Assembly: GCA_035703635.1 (NCBI GenBank)
Contig: DASSXV010000044.1
Location: forward strand, 54,056-118,055
DNA: 64,000 nucleotides
Origin: Trueperaceae bacterium
GTDB taxonomy: Bacteria > Deinococcota > Deinococci > Deinococcales > Trueperaceae
Direction of reading: 5' to 3'
The notes under the pieces are model-generated. The model made no database searches and was not told where the DNA came from. It saw nothing but the letters and a program-made list of their open reading frames with translations. Below, in pieces: positions 43,955-54,300 of the stretch (the stretch's first letter is position 1; each line of letters starts with the position of its first letter). Position numbers and translations under genes: made by a program.

Positions 43955-44932
43955 GTGCTCTTCCGTGAGCGTTACGAGAACGACCTGTGGCTCATCCGTG
44001 GGTCGCAGGCCTGGGTGATCGCTGGCATAGCAGGAGCGGCGCTGCTTGCGCTGCCGCTCCTCGTCAAGGGTTACCTCATCTATAACGTCACGCTCTTCTT
44101 CGTTTACGCGCTAGTGGCACTGTCGCTAGCGGTGCTCGTCGGGTTGACGGGGCAGGTGTCGTTAGGGCACGCCGGGTTCCTGGCGGCAGGCGCCTACACG
44201 CACGCCATCCTCACGCAGCAGGGCGTGCCTTACGTGCTCGCCATACTCGCGGCCGTTGCGGTGACCGCCCTGCTCGGTGTGCTGATCGGGGTGCCTGCCC
44301 TGCGGCTCGAGGGGCCGTACTTGGCCATCGCGACGCTAGGTTTCGGCCTCGCCATCCAGCAGATCCTCAACAACTGGGCGCTAGTCGGAGCCTCGACCGG
44401 CACGCTCGTCGACAGGCCCATGCTGTTCGGCATCGACTTCTACGGCGACCGCCCCTACTACTACCTAGTGTTGGCGCTGGCTGGCTTCGTAACGTGGTTG
44501 CTATTCAACCTCGAGCGGTCGCACGTCGGTCGGGCGTTCAGGGCCACCCGCGACGCGGACCTAGCCGCGCAGATGAGCGGCATCGGCCTCGCCCGCTACA
44601 AGACCCTCGCCTTCGTGATCTCGGCCGGCGTGGCTGGCCTAGCTGGCGCGCTGTATGGACCGCTCGTTGGCTACATCACGCCCGAAGGCTTCAACCTCAT
44701 GCTCTCGATCAAGTTCCTCCTCATGACGATCGTCGGCGGGCTCGGGTTCCTGCCAGGCGCGCTGCTCGGTGCGGGTTTCATCACGGGCCTTGACGTCTAC
44801 CTCTCCACCTTCCGCGCCTGGTCTCAGCTAGCGTTCGGTCTAGTCGTCATCGGCATCATGATGCTCGAGCCCGCTGGCCTTTACGGTCGCTGGCTGAAGA
44901 TCAAGCGCTTCTGGAAGTCGTGGCCGCTGTGA
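43955..44932 (+). CDS. branched-chain amino acid-type ABC permease (LivM-like)
   Basis: GLTGQVSLGHAG, LRLEGPYLAIATL, GRAFRATRD, IVGGLG. Confidence 0.92.
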   Translation: MLFRERYENDLWLIRGSQAWVIAGIAGAALLALPLLVKGYLIYNVTLFFVYALVALSLAVLVGLTGQVSLGHAGFLAAGAYTHAILTQQGVPYVLAILAAVAVTALLGVLIGVPALRLEGPYLAIATLGFGLAIQQILNNWALVGASTGTLVDRPMLFGIDFYGDRPYYYLVLALAGFVTWLLFNLERSHVGRAFRATRDADLAAQMSGIGLARYKTLAFVISAGVAGLAGALYGPLVGYITPEGFNLMLSIKFLLMTIVGGLGFLPGALLGAGFITGLDVYLSTFRAWSQLAFGLVVIGIMMLEPAGLYGRWLKIKRFWKSWPL

Positions 44933-44951
44933 GAGGCGTGGGAGGGGCGCA

Positions 44952-45836
44952 GTGAACGGTCTAGACAGCCTCGTGCAAGCCCTCGTGAGCGGCGCCAGCA
45001 TAGGCAGCGTCTACGCGCTGGTGGCGCTCGGGCTGGTGCTCCTTTACCGCACGACGCGCATCCTCAACTTCGCGCACGGCGACCTCGGGGTGGCAGGCAC
45101 CTTCATCGCGTACACGCTCCTGACGCAACTGCGCATCCCGTTCGGCCTGTCGTTCCTCCTGGCTTTAGTCGCCGCAGCAGCGATAGGCATGCTCATCTAC
45201 CTCCTGCTCGTGCGCCCAGCCAAGAACCAGAGCGAGCTCGGGCTGCTGATCCTCACCCTTGGCCTCGCACTGGCCCTCGGCGGGCTCGACGCGCTGCTGT
45301 TCGGCACCAGCAACAAGGTCGTGCCCACCCTCGTGCCCGACCAGATCCTGCGCTTCGGGGGGGTATCGCTCAGCCTCGTCTCGCTGATCACGTCGCTCTT
45401 CGGGGTGGTGCTCATGGTGGCGCTGTGGGCGCTCCTCACGTTCACGAAGCTCGGGGTGGCCATGCGCGCGGTCGCCCAGCGCGAGGACGTGGCCGAGGCC
45501 GTTGGCCTGCCGGTCCGCACGGTGCTCATGGCCACTTGGGCGGCCGCCGCCGTCCTCGCCACCGCCGCCGCGCTCCTGTTCGCGCCAACCACGCTCCTGA
45601 ACCCGACCATGATGCTCGACCCGCTCAGTAAAGGCTTCGTGGCCGCCGTGATCGGCGGCATGAACTCGCTGCCTGGCGCCGTGCTTGGTGGTTACCTCCT
45701 CGGCATCCTCGAACTCCTCGTCGGCGTGTACATCTCGCTCGAGTTCAAGGCGTCGTTCGCGTTCCTCGTGGTGGTGTTAGTACTCGTCCTCAAGCCCCAC
45801 GGTTTGCTAGGGAGGGCCGACGTGAAGCGCGTTTGA
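44952..45836 (+). CDS. branched-chain amino acid-type ABC permease (LivH-like)
   Basis: YALVALG...ILNFAHG, TKLGVAMRAVA, IGGMNSLPGA, KPHGLLG. Confidence 0.92.
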   Translation: MNGLDSLVQALVSGASIGSVYALVALGLVLLYRTTRILNFAHGDLGVAGTFIAYTLLTQLRIPFGLSFLLALVAAAAIGMLIYLLLVRPAKNQSELGLLILTLGLALALGGLDALLFGTSNKVVPTLVPDQILRFGGVSLSLVSLITSLFGVVLMVALWALLTFTKLGVAMRAVAQREDVAEAVGLPVRTVLMATWAAAAVLATAAALLFAPTTLLNPTMMLDPLSKGFVAAVIGGMNSLPGAVLGGYLLGILELLVGVYISLEFKASFAFLVVVLVLVLKPHGLLGRADVKRV

Positions 45837-45957
45837 GGCACGCGCTCCCGCTGTACCAGTTCAAGAACGTGGCGCTGCCGCGTTAACTCATGGCGTGGTA
45901 CCGTTCTAGCCAAGGAACCAATTCGAACCCCAGCCAGCGGCGGGGATAAGGAGCAGC

Positions 45958-47136
45958 ATGAAGCGGATCATCGCGGCAGTTACTCTAGCTTTCGTTATGG
46001 CGTTCGGCCACGCGGCCGAGCCAGGCATCACGGACTCCGAGATCGTCATCGGCAACTGGGGCCCCATGTCTGGGCCTGCGGCGGCGTGGGGGACGGTCAC
46101 CACGGCCATAGAGGCGTACTTCAAGTACATCAACGACCAGGGCGGTATCCACGGGCGCAAACTGGTCCTAGCAGCGCGTGACGACGGTTACGACCCGGCC
46201 CGCACGGTGGCCGCCGTACGCGAGCTCATTGACCGCGAGAACGTCTTCGCCTTCGTCGGCGGCGTCGGCACCGCCAACGGCCTAGCCGCCATGCCGCTCA
46301 TCCAGCGCGCGGGCGTGCCCTGGGTCGGGCCCGCCACCGGCTCCGAGGTCTTCTCTGAGCAGTCCAAGGGCCTGATCTACTCGACGTTCACCGATTACGT
46401 CGTCGAGGCCGTCCTCATGACGCGCTACGCGGTGGAGACACTCGGCAGCAAGAACATCGCCATCTTCTACCAGAACGACGGTTACGGCCAGGCCGGCCTG
46501 CGCGGTCTCGAACAGGAAGTCGCCCGCCTCAAGGCGGCCGGTTACGACGTGACGGTCGGCGACAAGGTGAGCTACGAGCGCGGCACGACCAACCAGGGCG
46601 TGCAGGCGCTGCGCTTGCGCGGCTCCGGTGCAGACACCGTGCTCCTCTTCTCCGATCCGACCGCCGCCGCCACGCTAGTCAGCGAGTTCCAACGACTCGA
46701 CTTCACGCCCCAGATGCTGGCGACCGTGACCCTGCTCGACCCGGCGCTCATGTCCAACCCCGGCATGCAGGGCGCGCTCTTCTCCGTCTTCCTGCGCCTG
46801 CCGAGCGTCATCGTCGGCGAGGGCAACGGCGACCCAATCGCCGACCAGATCTACCGTGACGTCGTCGTGGCGTACGCGCGCGAAGTCGCAGGGGATCCGT
46901 TCCGCGCCCTGGCAGGCGTGGCGTTCGCCCAACCGCTCGTCCTGGCGCTCGAGGCCGCCGGCCGTGACGTGACGCGCGCCTCGTTCATGGAGGCGCTCTC
47001 CAACATCTCCGGTTACACGACGGGTCTGTACCACGACCTCACGTTCGGAGACGGCTACCAGGGCAACAACTCCGTCATGCTCCTGCAGGTGACCCCCCAA
47101 GGCCTGCGCCCAGTCTCCGACTGGCTCACGCTCTAG
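45958..47136 (+). CDS. ABC substrate-binding protein (Liv/HAAT family)
   Basis: signal peptide, PMSGPAA, IN..GGIHGRK, DDGYDP, YQNDGYG. Confidence 0.92.
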   Translation: MKRIIAAVTLAFVMAFGHAAEPGITDSEIVIGNWGPMSGPAAAWGTVTTAIEAYFKYINDQGGIHGRKLVLAARDDGYDPARTVAAVRELIDRENVFAFVGGVGTANGLAAMPLIQRAGVPWVGPATGSEVFSEQSKGLIYSTFTDYVVEAVLMTRYAVETLGSKNIAIFYQNDGYGQAGLRGLEQEVARLKAAGYDVTVGDKVSYERGTTNQGVQALRLRGSGADTVLLFSDPTAAATLVSEFQRLDFTPQMLATVTLLDPALMSNPGMQGALFSVFLRLPSVIVGEGNGDPIADQIYRDVVVAYAREVAGDPFRALAGVAFAQPLVLALEAAGRDVTRASFMEALSNISGYTTGLYHDLTFGDGYQGNNSVMLLQVTPQGLRPVSDWLTL

Positions 47137-47145
47137 GAACGGCGC

Positions 47146-47180
47146 TGGTGGGGCGCCCTATCGCGCGCCCCACCACTCTT
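47146..47180 (+). terminator. intra-operon hairpin after the substrate-binding gene
   Basis: 11-bp stem TGGTGGGGCGC/GCGCCCCACCA followed by CTCTT. Confidence 0.55.
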
Positions 47181-47187
47181 ATCTAAC

Positions 47188-47991
47188 GTGGCTTCACTAT
47201 TGGAACTCGAGAAAGTAACGCTCACCTTCCGTGGGCTTACCGCGCTGTCCGGCGTGTCTGCCGAGGTCGACGAGGGCGAAGTCGTGGCCGTCATCGGCCC
47301 GAACGGCGCGGGCAAGACGAGTCTCTTCAACGTCATCTGCGGTTTCTACCGCCCGCAAAGCGGCGCGGTGCGCTGGCAAGGCCAAGAGATCACAGGCAAG
47401 CCGCCGCACATGGTCGCGCGCTTGGGCATAGGTAGGTCGTTCCAGAACATCGAGTTGTTCAAGTCACTGACGTGCCTAGACAACCTGCTCCTCGGCCGCC
47501 ACCTGCACGTGAAGTCGAACTTCGTCTCGGCCATGTTCGCGACGCGCGCCTGGGTGCGCGACGAGGTGGCGCAGCGCAGACGCGCTGAGGAACTCATGGA
47601 CCTACTCGACCTGCAGGCGTACCGCGATCAGCACGTAGGGGCGTTGCCGTATGGCGTGCAGAAACTCATCGAGGTAGCGCGGGCACTGGCGGCCGAACCG
47701 AAACTACTACTCCTAGACGAGCCGGCAGCTGGCATGACCGTGGAGGAGAAGGACGACATGATGGTCACCCTCCTGCGGCTGCGACGCGACCTCAACCTCA
47801 CCATGCTCGTCGTCGAGCACGACTTGCGCGTCGTGAGTCGCCTAGCCGACCGCGTAGTGGTGCTAGATCACGGCACGAAGATCGCTGACGGCGCCCCGCG
47901 CGAGGTGCAAGACAACCCCGCCGTCGTAAGCGCCTACCTCGGCAGCACCAAGCTCGCCTCTAACGTCGAGGACGCGGCGGTGGCGTCATGA
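47188..47991 (+). CDS. ABC ATP-binding protein (LivG-like)
   Basis: GPNGAGKT, LPYG, LLLLDEPAAG, VEHD. Confidence 0.93.
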   Translation: MASLLELEKVTLTFRGLTALSGVSAEVDEGEVVAVIGPNGAGKTSLFNVICGFYRPQSGAVRWQGQEITGKPPHMVARLGIGRSFQNIELFKSLTCLDNLLLGRHLHVKSNFVSAMFATRAWVRDEVAQRRRAEELMDLLDLQAYRDQHVGALPYGVQKLIEVARALAAEPKLLLLDEPAAGMTVEEKDDMMVTLLRLRRDLNLTMLVVEHDLRVVSRLADRVVVLDHGTKIADGAPREVQDNPAVVSAYLGSTKLASNVEDAAVAS

Positions 47992-48770
47992 GCGAACCCC
48001 TGCTCGAGCTGCGCACCGTCGAGAGCGGCTACCACAAGCAGCTACGGGTCCTTAAGGGCGTTTCGCTGAGCGTTGCGTCCGGCACCTGCGTCGCGGTGCT
48101 CGGTTCGAACGGCGCAGGCAAGAGCACCATGCTCAAGACCGTCATGGGCCTGGTGGAGGACGAGCCGCGCAAGGGCAGCGTGCTCGTGATGGGCAAGAAC
48201 ATGACGCGCGCCGCCACCGAGCGCATCTCGCAGGCTGGCATCGCATACGTGGTCGAGGACCGCGGGATGTTCCCCGACCTGAGCGTGGCAGAGAGCCTCA
48301 AGCTCGGGGCCTTCCACCGCGGTAATAGAGCCGAGGTCAAGAGCGACCTCGAGCGCATGTTCAGCTACTTCCCGCGGCTAGCGGAGCGCTTGAAGCAAGA
48401 CTCAGGCACGCTGTCCGGCGGTGAGCAGCAGATGCTCGCCATCGCGCGCGCCCTGATGAGCCGCCCTAAGCTCCTCATGCTCGACGAGCCGAGCCTCGGC
48501 CTGGCGCCCATGCTCGTCGAGGAGATCTTCGGCGTCATCCGCGAGATCAACCGGGAGGGCATGGGCATCTTGCTCGTCGAGCAGAACGCCAACCAGGCAC
48601 TCGCCATCGCAGATTACGGGTACGTGCTCGAGGGCGGCCGCTTCGTGTTAGAGGGCAGCGCTGAGGAGTTGCGCGCCAACGAGAACGTCCAGGAGTTCTA
48701 CCTCGGCGTGCGCGCAAGCGGTGACGAGCCGCGCCTCCACGTGCGCAGGCGCAGGCGGCGGTGGAACTAG
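47988..48770 (+). CDS. ABC ATP-binding protein (LivF-like)
   Basis: GSNGAGKST, LSGGEQQM, LDEPSLGLAP, VEQNA. Confidence 0.93.
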   Translation: MSEPLLELRTVESGYHKQLRVLKGVSLSVASGTCVAVLGSNGAGKSTMLKTVMGLVEDEPRKGSVLVMGKNMTRAATERISQAGIAYVVEDRGMFPDLSVAESLKLGAFHRGNRAEVKSDLERMFSYFPRLAERLKQDSGTLSGGEQQMLAIARALMSRPKLLMLDEPSLGLAPMLVEEIFGVIREINREGMGILLVEQNANQALAIADYGYVLEGGRFVLEGSAEELRANENVQEFYLGVRASGDEPRLHVRRRRRRWN

Positions 48771-48771
48771 G

Positions 48772-50694
48772 TCAGTCGGCGCCAGCGACCTCTGCCGCTT
48801 CCGCGTAACCCTCCAAGTAACCGCGCGCCTGGCGGTTGAACATGCGCGCGTACTTACCGTTCAGCTCGATGAGTTCCTCGTGCGTGCCGCGCTCGGTAAC
48901 GCGGCCACCCGTCAACACGACTATGCGCTCGGCCAAGCGCACCGTGCTGAAACGGTGCGAAACGACGACGGCGATGCGCGTGCGCGCCTGGGCGCGGAGC
49001 GTTTCGATAACCTCGAACTCGGCGTCAGCGTCGAGGGCGCTCGTTGGTTCGTCGAAGATGAGCACGGAGCCGCCGCGGTAGTAGAGACGCGCGAGCGCGA
49101 TGCGTTGCCATTGGCCACCGGACAACTGCCTGCCACCTTCGAACCAGCGCCCTAGCATGTTGTCGTAACCGTCAGGCAGGTGACCGATGAACTCGTCAGC
49201 GCCGGCGCGCACGCTGGCCGCATGCACGGCGGCGTCCAGCCCCGCTTCCCTACCGCCAGCCCCCTGACTCGGCATGCCGTCCGCGACCTTGCCGATGGCG
49301 ATGTTCTCGCGCACCGTCATCTGGTACTGCCCGAAGTCCTGGAACACGGTGCTCATCTCGGTCCTCAAGCTCGCGGCGCTGAACCGCGCCGCGTCTTGGC
49401 CGTTGACCAGGATCGTGCCGCGCGTCGGGCGGTAAAGGGCCGTCATGAGCTTGACGATCGTCGACTTGCCCGCCCCGTTCTCCCCCACTAGCGCGAGCGT
49501 CTCGCCGCGCTTGACCGTGAACGACACGCCGTGGAGCACGTCGGCGTCGGTTAGCGGGTAGCGGAAGCTCACGTCCTTCAACTCGATCTCCGTGATGGGA
49601 CCGCTCCACGTCTCGCCCGCCGTGAGGTCGGTCGTCGGCAACTCGAGGAACTCGAAGAGGTTACGCATGTACAGCAGGTTCTGGTAGATGCCGCTGAACC
49701 CAGACAGCAGGTTCGAGAACTGGCTCTGCAGTTGCGAGATGCCCTGTATGAACATCCCGAAGTCACCGACGGTGAGGAGCCCAGCTGCGGCGCGCCGCAG
49801 CACCAGGTAGGTGGCGCTGCCGACCATGGCGGTCGAGAAGAACGAGGCCGCAAGGCCCCAGCCGCTCCGCCGCCTGATGAGCGATACGAGCTGGCGCCTG
49901 AACTTGAGGTAGTACTCCTGCCAACGGTCCATCAGGTAACCGCCGAAGTCGAAGAGGCGGATCTCTTTGACCGCCTGGTCGTTCGTGAGCAGTTGGCCAA
50001 GGTAGTTCTGGCGCCTGGCGTCCGTCGCGAAGCGCCTGAACATGCGGTAGCCCTCAGTGCCGAAGCGCGACGAGGTGATGACGGAGGGCACGGAGGCGAC
50101 GAGAACCAGCGGCACTACCGCCCAACCCAGCTGAATCATGAGCGCACTGATGGAACCGAGGGTGAGGAGCGACTGGCCGAGCGTGACGACCTGCGTGAAC
50201 ACCCCAAGCGGCCGCGTCCCCACCTCACGGTAGGCGTTCTGAAGCGCGTCATAACTAGTTGGATCCTCGAACTGCGCTAGTTCTAGTTCGCCGGCCTTGG
50301 CGAGGATCAAGCGGCTGATGCGGTTCTGCAACGCGTCACCGAGGAGTTCGCGGATGGCGCCCTGCAGCGTGCCTATCACGCTAGTTGCCGCAACGAGGCT
50401 CACTTGGAGGAGCAGCAGGCCAAGCATGCGGCTCAGCGCCTCGGAAGCGGAGCCAAGCGTGCCGGCGATGGCGGCGGCGACGGCGTCCAGCAGCAACTTG
50501 GATACCCAGAGGCTAGCGGCGGGCATCAGCGCCTGCAACGCGCTTAGGGCGGCCATGCCCGCCATCGAGCTCGGGCTTGCTTGCCGCACCAGGCCTAGGG
50601 TGGTTCTTAAGTCACGTAGCTGCTGGCGCAACGAGATCGGCGCCGCTTGTTCAGGAGTTCTAGGTGGCTGTCTGCTACCTCGACCCTCGAACAT
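48772..50694 (-). CDS. ABC exporter, fused permease/ATPase
   Basis: N-terminal TM domain, GENGAGKST, LSGGQWQRIALAR, DEPTSALD, SHRFSTV. Confidence 0.92.
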   Translation of the reverse strand: MFEGRGSRQPPRTPEQAAPISLRQQLRDLRTTLGLVRQASPSSMAGMAALSALQALMPAASLWVSKLLLDAVAAAIAGTLGSASEALSRMLGLLLLQVSLVAATSVIGTLQGAIRELLGDALQNRISRLILAKAGELELAQFEDPTSYDALQNAYREVGTRPLGVFTQVVTLGQSLLTLGSISALMIQLGWAVVPLVLVASVPSVITSSRFGTEGYRMFRRFATDARRQNYLGQLLTNDQAVKEIRLFDFGGYLMDRWQEYYLKFRRQLVSLIRRRSGWGLAASFFSTAMVGSATYLVLRRAAAGLLTVGDFGMFIQGISQLQSQFSNLLSGFSGIYQNLLYMRNLFEFLELPTTDLTAGETWSGPITEIELKDVSFRYPLTDADVLHGVSFTVKRGETLALVGENGAGKSTIVKLMTALYRPTRGTILVNGQDAARFSAASLRTEMSTVFQDFGQYQMTVRENIAIGKVADGMPSQGAGGREAGLDAAVHAASVRAGADEFIGHLPDGYDNMLGRWFEGGRQLSGGQWQRIALARLYYRGGSVLIFDEPTSALDADAEFEVIETLRAQARTRIAVVVSHRFSTVRLAERIVVLTGGRVTERGTHEELIELNGKYARMFNRQARGYLEGYAEAAEVAGAD

Positions 50695-50810
50695 CTACGC
50701 ATTGCCAATGCTGTCGGGCTCAAGAGTTAGCTTCACGCGGAGTATTCTCGCACTGCGCGGCGCTCACCTCGCTGTCATGCGCGACGTGCTGAACCTAGTT
50801 AACCTCAGTC

Positions 50811-51473
50811 ATGACCGAGCGCGCACCAGAACCGTTCGAAACCATGCGCTACGAGCCAGGTAGTCCGGGCGGCATCGTGCGCCTGAGCGCTCATTGCACG
50901 CGGCTGGCGCGCGCCTGCCACTACCTCGGCATAGCGTTCTCTCCCGAAGCGGCGCACGACCTGCTGCTGAGCACGGTCGCCGACCGCCCGGTTCCGACGC
51001 GGGTGAGGCTCCTGGTCACCCGCGCTGGCGAGCTAGAGGTGACCACCGGAGCCGTACCCGTCGAGTCGCCCGAACCAGTTAGCGTCGGCCTGGCCTTCGA
51101 GCGTTGCGATGAACGCGACCCGCTTAGGCGCCACAAGACGACCGCGCGAGGACTCTACGACCGCGCCACCGCCCGCGCAACCGAGTTGGGGTTGGCCGAC
51201 ATCGTCTTCTTGAACCGCCAAGACGCCGTGGCGGAGGGCGCGATCTCCAACGTGTTCGTGCGCCGCGGCGATGCGCTCGTGACGCCACCGCTTGCGGCCG
51301 GCGCTCTGCCGGGCGTGCTGCGCGGCGAACTCATCGCGGGCGGCAGGTGCGTCGAGGCTGACGTGAGCCTTGCCGAGTTGGAGGCAGGCGAGTTCTACCT
51401 AGGCAGCTCACTCAGGGGCCTGCGGCGCGCGCAGGTAGCGCCCGGGTTGGTTACCGTCGCCGACGGGCGATGA
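50811..51473 (+). CDS. aminotransferase class IV (PabC-like)
   Basis: FETMR, H..RL, HKTT (catalytic Lys), EGAISNVF, LPGVLR, SLRG. Confidence 0.85.
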   Translation: MTERAPEPFETMRYEPGSPGGIVRLSAHCTRLARACHYLGIAFSPEAAHDLLLSTVADRPVPTRVRLLVTRAGELEVTTGAVPVESPEPVSVGLAFERCDERDPLRRHKTTARGLYDRATARATELGLADIVFLNRQDAVAEGAISNVFVRRGDALVTPPLAAGALPGVLRGELIAGGRCVEADVSLAELEAGEFYLGSSLRGLRRAQVAPGLVTVADGR

Positions 51474-51530
51474 CTAGGTCGATGGCCAGAAGCCATCCAT
51501 CCGCGCGGTGCGAGGGTACACTCGGCTTGA

Positions 51531-52082
51531 ATGGCTAGGCCTTCCAGCCCCACCCCGGGCTTCCCGTTGCCAGATGCGCAAGAAGCAGCTGACCGGCCCG
51601 CCGTAGCGGAAGCGAGCACGCGGCCCCTCACGCGGGAGTGGGTCGATTACAGCGCAGAACTAAGACTCTTCAAGCACCCGGCGCTGCGGCTCCTGTTCAT
51701 CGCAGGCGGCCTCGTAGCGATCGGTCTTGGAGTGGTCGGCTACTTCGTGCCGGGCATGCCGGGCACGGTGTTCTTCCTCATCGCCACCTGGTTCTTCGCT
51801 CAGTCGAGCCCGCGCTTCTACAACTGGGTCCTCAACCACCGCCTGTTCGGGCCGCTCATCCGCGACTACCGCGCTGGTCGCGGCATACCTGGGTGGGTGA
51901 AGTGGTACGCCTCGAGCATGATCCTGGCCGTGTCGGCCGTAAGCACCTGGTTGGTTGGCGTGCAGCGGGGCAACACCGTAGTTGGCGCGCTCATCGCCGC
52001 GACCGCGCTGTTCGGCGTGTGGTACGTGTTCCACGTTCCAACGAAACTAGACGGTCAACCCCAAAAGGGCGGGCGCCAGTAG
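51531..52082 (+). CDS. YbaN/DUF454 family membrane protein
   Basis: LGVVGYFVPGMPGTVFFL...FAQSSPRF..W...HRLFGP.I. Confidence 0.85.
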   Translation: MARPSSPTPGFPLPDAQEAADRPAVAEASTRPLTREWVDYSAELRLFKHPALRLLFIAGGLVAIGLGVVGYFVPGMPGTVFFLIATWFFAQSSPRFYNWVLNHRLFGPLIRDYRAGRGIPGWVKWYASSMILAVSAVSTWLVGVQRGNTVVGALIAATALFGVWYVFHVPTKLDGQPQKGGRQ

Positions 52083-52113
52083 GCGCCCGACCAGACCTCA
52101 CCTAACCCAGAGT

Positions 52114-52551
52114 TCAGATGAGCGTCGCCTCGACCGTGATGGCCACGCCAGCCAACGCGCGCGACACCGGGCACGTGGCGGCAGCGGCCTGCACGAACTT
52201 CTGGAAGTCGGCGTCGCTGATGCCAGCGACCTTGACCTTGGTGACGAGATGGCTCTTGCTGATGGTCATGGCGCCGTCGACGCGCTCCATGGTGATGGCC
52301 GCGGTCGTCTCGATGCTGTCGGGCACGTTGCCAGCGCCAGATAGTTGACCGGAGAGCGCCATGGAGAAGCAGCCAGCATGCGAAGCCGCCAGGAGCTCCT
52401 CCGGGTTCGTACCAGTCTCGGGGCTAGCCCCGCGCTCGAAGCGCGACACGAACGAGAACGGGCCAGAGTAGGCGCCGCTCGCCATGTGCATCTCGCCCTT
52501 ACCTTCTTTCAGTGAGCCGCTCCAACGCGCATCAGCCTTAGTGATTGGCAT
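52114..52551 (-). CDS. osmC: OsmC family peroxiredoxin
   Basis: WSGSLKEGKG, SRF, GTNPEELLAASHAGCFSMAL, CPVSRAL. Confidence 0.93.
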   Translation of the reverse strand: MPITKADARWSGSLKEGKGEMHMASGAYSGPFSFVSRFERGASPETGTNPEELLAASHAGCFSMALSGQLSGAGNVPDSIETTAAITMERVDGAMTISKSHLVTKVKVAGISDADFQKFVQAAAATCPVSRALAGVAITVEATLI

Positions 52552-52730
52552 GTCTGCCTCCTCTGTCTAGTCGAGTGGCGTGCACCCGTCGCCTGCGCTG
52601 ACGGGGCAGGTACTCTGCGGCCATCGTAGCCCGCGCTCACGAAACGCGGCACGACGCTTGGCATCACCCGCTCGGCTTGCGGGTACCCCGCCCTACCGCG
52701 GCTGGCGGCATGGCGGGCTAAGCTTGCCCG

Positions 52731-53381
52731 ATGCCATCACCCACCCAGAAGGCGGGCCTCCCCGTCCTACTTATCATCAGCTCGAGCACTAGACCCTCGA
52801 GGAAGAGCAGCGCGTTGGCGGCCTGGCTTCAGGACTTAGCGAATGCGCAAGGGGCGTTCGAACCCGACATCGTCGAGCTCGCCGACCTCGACCTACCGCT
52901 GCTGAACGAACCGCACCACCCGCGCATGCAGCGTTACGAGTTCGACTACACCAAGGCTTGGGCGCAACGCGTCGAGCGCGCAGCCGCCGTCGTGGTCGTC
53001 ACGCCGGAGTACAACCACTCCTACCCGGCTGGCCTCAAGAACGCGCTAGATTACCTCAGCCTCGAATGGGCCGGAAAGCCGCTCGGGTACGTCACTTACG
53101 GCGGGGTCTCGGCCGGCACGCGCGCGCTGGTGGCCCTGCAGCCCGTCGTCGCTGCGCTAGGCCTGCAGCCGGTGCAGGTCGCCGTCAACGTTCCGTTCGT
53201 GGCCGAGGTCGTCAAGGCCGACGGCTCCGTTCATGCTAACGAGACCATGCGGAAAGCCGCCACCAGCATGCTTGCTGCGCTCGCCACCCGCGTAGGCGAG
53301 CGACGCCTCCTCACGGAACTCGCGGACACCAAGGTCGGTACTCCAGGGGCCAGCGAAGCGCGCGGCCAAAGCGCGAACTAA
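52731..53381 (+). CDS. NADPH-dependent FMN reductase
   Basis: SSTRPSR, TPEYNHSYPAGLKNALD, YGGVSAG. Confidence 0.92.
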   Translation: MPSPTQKAGLPVLLIISSSTRPSRKSSALAAWLQDLANAQGAFEPDIVELADLDLPLLNEPHHPRMQRYEFDYTKAWAQRVERAAAVVVVTPEYNHSYPAGLKNALDYLSLEWAGKPLGYVTYGGVSAGTRALVALQPVVAALGLQPVQVAVNVPFVAEVVKADGSVHANETMRKAATSMLAALATRVGERRLLTELADTKVGTPGASEARGQSAN

Positions 53382-53385
53382 GCAC

Positions 53386-54249
53386 TCACCCGAAGTCGTA
53401 AACGTCCTGGTCTGCTACTGGCCGGTAGCCGATGGCCTGATAGATGCCGTTGGAGGTCGGGTTAGCCAGGTCAGTAAAGAGCGTCACGTGGGCCTTGCCG
53501 TTCGCTAACAGTTGTTGCGTGAGGGCCGCCGTAAGCGCGCTGGCGTACCCTCGACCACGTTCCTCCGGCGGCGTGTAAACGGGCCCGATGCGGATGCCGT
53601 TGCGCGTAGGGCCACGCGCGCCGGCGAGGCTGACGGCGCGGCCGGCGTCCCACCAGAGCCACAGGCCGCCGTCTGCGGCGGCCAGATCGCGGTCTACCGC
53701 CGCACCCGCCCCCTCGAGCGACAGGCGCGGATCAGTCGGCGACGCTTCCGCCATGAAGGCGAGGCGCCACGCGACAAGGAGCTCGCGGTCGTCGTTGGCG
53801 GCGCGCACCATGCTTCCGGTTGCCGCTTTAGGCGGCACGACGGCCGTGCACTGGTAGACGCGCTCGGCCTGCGCGCGCCGCGCCGTAGTGGCGTGCGCAG
53901 CAGCCAACGCGCGCGCGTAAGCGGCCGAAGGTTCGGGCGCGCCAACTACTCCCGCCGCGTGAGGGGCTGACGCGATGAGCGGCGCCAGAACCTCGCCAAG
54001 GTCGTGGCCGGCCGCCGCTCGGCTTAGGATCACGCGGTGCGGCGGCGTCTGCAACGCGACTAGCGTGGGCGCGCCGTCTTCCAGGTGGACGACCGCCATG
54101 AAGGCGTCCGGCGCGAAACCGGTTAGCAGGCTTGGCAAGAGGCCCAGCAGCAAGCAGTGCTCAACCTCATGCTCTAGCAGGAACGGCTCTGCCACCTCCA
54201 CGAACGCCGCGGGCTCGTGGTAGACGACCAAGTGGTAAGCACTGCTCAT
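53386..54249 (-). CDS. GNAT family acetyltransferase
   Basis: RIGPVYTPPEERGRGYASAL, LFTDLANPTSNGIY..IGY. Confidence 0.9.
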   Translation of the reverse strand: MSSAYHLVVYHEPAAFVEVAEPFLLEHEVEHCLLLGLLPSLLTGFAPDAFMAVVHLEDGAPTLVALQTPPHRVILSRAAAGHDLGEVLAPLIASAPHAAGVVGAPEPSAAYARALAAAHATTARRAQAERVYQCTAVVPPKAATGSMVRAANDDRELLVAWRLAFMAEASPTDPRLSLEGAGAAVDRDLAAADGGLWLWWDAGRAVSLAGARGPTRNGIRIGPVYTPPEERGRGYASALTAALTQQLLANGKAHVTLFTDLANPTSNGIYQAIGYRPVADQDVYDFG

Positions 54250-54300
54250 AGGCCTGATGATACGCGCCGTCGGTCGCGCGCTTCACTTATCATCGGCGGC

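Noticed and set aside
48772..50694. ABC exporter as part of a RiPP or bacteriocin cluster
   Set aside because: No precursor peptide, peptidase domain or modification enzymes nearby
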